A stretch of DNA of 63,892 nucleotides, the filler included, from Olpidium bornovanus S191 (Eukaryota; Fungi; Olpidiomycota), in NCBI GenBank assembly GCA_017911155.1. It is 29 parts of 29 records of this genome, joined end to end, with 100 filler letters (N's around TTAATTAATTAA, not from the genome) between each part and the next. Parts side by side here need not be neighbours in the genome. Positions count along the whole stretch, not along the records: positions 60,541 to 62,573 come from JAEFCI010000212.1; positions 62,674 to 63,892 come from JAEFCI010011829.1; 27 more parts are not named here. The stretch is one strand, 5' to 3'. Each line of letters opens with the position of its first letter. The stretch's first letter is position 1. Both the position numbers and the translations under genes were made by a program. Positions 61,921-63,892 of this stretch are shown here, one piece after another. The notes below the pieces were generated by a model, which saw only the letters and a list, made by a program, of their open reading frames with translations, was not told the DNA's origin and did not search any database.

Positions 61921-62020
61921 GGAAAAGCAATTGATTTAAGCGAAAGGAAAAGGCGGTCGATCTAAGCAAAAGGAAAAAGCGATCGATTTAGGCAAAAGGA
62001 AAGCGATCAATTTAAGCAAG
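61921..62020. repeat. Minisatellite, about 3.7 x 26 bp
   Basis: Units resemble GCGATCGATTTAAGCAAAAGGAAAA and start at 61927, 61953, 61979 and 62003. Confidence 0.85.
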
Positions 62021-62104
62021 TTGGCCCCCCCCCCTACGGGAAAGGAAATAGATGGACTCTATTTAATAGCAAGGCGTCGATCCAGCGGCAACCATTTGGG
62101 CGCC

Positions 62105-62185
62105 GACACCGCTTGTGGGATCCTGAGAATAACCATATCCTTGAACGGTATGATGTCAACTTCTACGAATCTCAATTTTACAAAT
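62105..62185 (+). mobile_element. Second copia integrase C-terminal remnant
   Basis: HRLWDPENNHILERYDVNFYESQF, against the copia consensus GYRLWDP....I.SRDV.F.E. Confidence 0.7.
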
Positions 62186-62229
62186 CCAGCTGTGCTGTAG
62201 CACGGCCCTCAAACCGCCCGTCGACCGAG

Positions 62230-62573
62230 GCCACGGAAGGCGGGCGGCAGGCGAAGGCGGGCGGCGGGCGAAGGCGGGCGGCGGGCGAAGGCGGGCGGCG
62301 GACGAGGGGCAGCGGGCAAAGGGCGCAGGGCAAAGGGCGAGAGGCGGTCGAAGGGCGGAAGGCGGCGGGATCGAGGGCAGGACGGCCCCCGAACCCGGGG
62401 GTCGACCAATAGAATAGTCCCCCTCGAAGCCCGCCAATCGAAGAGCGCTTCCCCCCTTCCCCCTTCGAAGTCCGCCAATCGAAGGGCTTCCCCCTTGCCC
62501 CCTTCCCCCCCCAGAGCCGCACGTGGGAACCCCCACCAACCGTAACCCCCCCCCCCCCCGACTGCCCCCGCAC
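62230..62573 (+). promoter_or_regulatory. Dispersed repeat, copy 2: 17-bp GC-box tandem plus three CCAAT boxes, truncated by contig end
   Basis: About 3.5 copies of GGCGGGCGGCGGGCGAA from 62239; CCAAT at 62406, 62434 and 62475; homologous to 37681-37865 in reverse orientation. Confidence 0.6.
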
Positions 62574-62673
62574 NNNNNNNNNNNNNNNNNNNNNNNNNNN
62601 NNNNNNNNNNNNNNNNNTTAATTAATTAANNNNNNNNNNNNNNNNNNNNNNNNNNNNNNNNNNNNNNNNNNNN

Positions 62674-63559
62674 CCCATGGAAGGACACTCTCATTAATGC
62701 TAGATTCGACGTGGCCCTCCGCCGGGTATCAGGTAGCTTTCGCAAAGGGAGCCCGCGAAACACTCACGGCCATTCGTGCCGCGTCCTAATCCAGGCGGCG
62801 TAGCTAAACGTCCACACCGCCCCCGGAACACTCTCTTCGGATACGGACGCGCCTACGAGCATGAGGAGGAAGGGGACACCCTCCCGCTGCTCGCCGGCGA
62901 AACCCGCAGCCACTACGGCAGGCTTCCCCACTGCCTTCGCCAGAGAATCATGCACCGCCATGTCCCGGAGCGACGGCTGAAGCGGTGACCCCCACCGGAA
63001 TTTGAAGTACCCTATAACCTCCTGCGGCTAGCGGCAGAGAGTTGTAATCAGAAGACGGACCGAGGGAGAATGTGAGCGTACAGATCCAGCCAGCGGGACA
63101 CGCACGTCGGATTTTCCGCCCATTACGGACCGAAGAACAGTATCGTTCACCCTCCCGCAGTTGTCATAAAGTCTTCCCGAGTCTCGTCTCTCGGCGGGGA
63201 TGAAACCCTGAATTACTTTCGAGCGGAAGGGGGAGGTTCATTAGGAACGGACGGTTCCTGCCAAAAACGGTGGCGCACGGCCGCGGCAGAAAACCCGATC
63301 GGTGAAAATCACAGAAAAAAAGTGAACGGTAGAGACAGGTCGGCAAATACGCACGACAACCGAGCTGCGTGTCCAGCACGACGGCATCACTGTTGTCGTT
63401 CAGCTTTCTCGTGCACGTTTTGTAGGCGTGTCCAGTGAGCAAACCGTCCAGCTGTCCAGGAGCAGCTGCGGCGTCATACAGGAGGGCGGACAGGACGACG
63501 CCAGGTATTCGCAGCTCTGGCAGTTTGTGCGATGCACCCGCGGACGGCGGCTCGTTCAT
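62674..63559 (-). CDS. Abraxas/FAM175-family (MPN-minus) BRISC/BRCA1-A scaffold subunit, 5' part
   Basis: LRIPGVVLSALLYDAAAAPGQLDGLLTG..LNDNS..|GRLYDNCGRVNDTVLRSV|EVIGYFKFRWGSPLQPSLRDMAVHDSL..PFLLMLV..TFSY. This parallels the Abraxas pattern ISG..FS.+.F..+GFLLG, FYD...+VN, VIGWY+FR.N+....S.RE..+H. Confidence 0.78.
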
Positions 63560-63675
63560 GTTGAAATCGACCGCGGGCGGGTGTCTGCGGCTCGGATTTT
63601 GGCTGCGGAGGAGAGCGCGCAGGTTGGCAAACCAACCGGCTATATTTTTTTTTGGCAGAGTCCGCGCCCTCGCAC

Positions 63676-63713
<38 letters not shown>

Positions 63714-63761
63714 CTCCCCCCCTCCCCCCCCCCCTCTTTTTTTTTTTTTTTTTTTTTTTTT

Positions 63762-63802
<41 letters not shown>

Positions 63803-63892
63803 TCTTTTGGAGCCGGGATGTGGGGAGGACAGGGGAAGGGCGGCGGGCGTGGCGGGCGGAGGTGCAGATGCGGCGCCCCAAAACCAAAAAAA

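Noticed and set aside
62776-62988. Plus-strand ORF as the 3' end of a gene
   Set aside because: The minus strand encodes the Abraxas exon (VIGYFKFR..) over the same interval.

Overview
The window is not one locus. It is 29 short contigs (about 1-5 kb each) joined by 28 identical artificial 100-nt spacers (44 N + TTAATTAATTAA + 44 N), so gene adjacency across spacers means nothing. The DNA is GC-rich, intron-rich eukaryotic genome. A velvet-domain gene (largely fungal) occurs together with the flagellar gene CFAP47, which points to a zoosporic early-diverging fungus (chytrid- or Olpidium-like; inference). Recognisable, mostly partial, genes: SWEET sugar transporter, SCCPDH, RPL32, NIPA Mg transporter, Nhp10/INO80E-like HMG protein, velvet, CFAP47, Nup159/Nup214, Rad52, Sec22 tail, Hel2/ZNF598, RIM2-type mitochondrial carrier, Rad5/HLTF-like SNF2 helicase, DBR1, an HDDC2-type HD hydrolase and an Abraxas-family protein. 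There are several decayed Ty1/copia and Ty3/gypsy remnants. No rRNA, tRNA or CRISPR was found. Best leads: (1) a dispersed non-coding element with GC boxes and three CCAAT boxes next to a dense hairpin cluster, with one copy interrupting a copia integrase remnant and the other beside a decayed RPS6 fragment; (2) an 825-aa secreted, very acidic, Cys-punctuated repeat protein with one intron-split hevein/CBM18 domain; (3) a decayed fragment resembling a large-DNA-virus fibre protein; (4) half of all contig ends fall at CATG. All protein identifications are by eye from motifs; no database searches were run.
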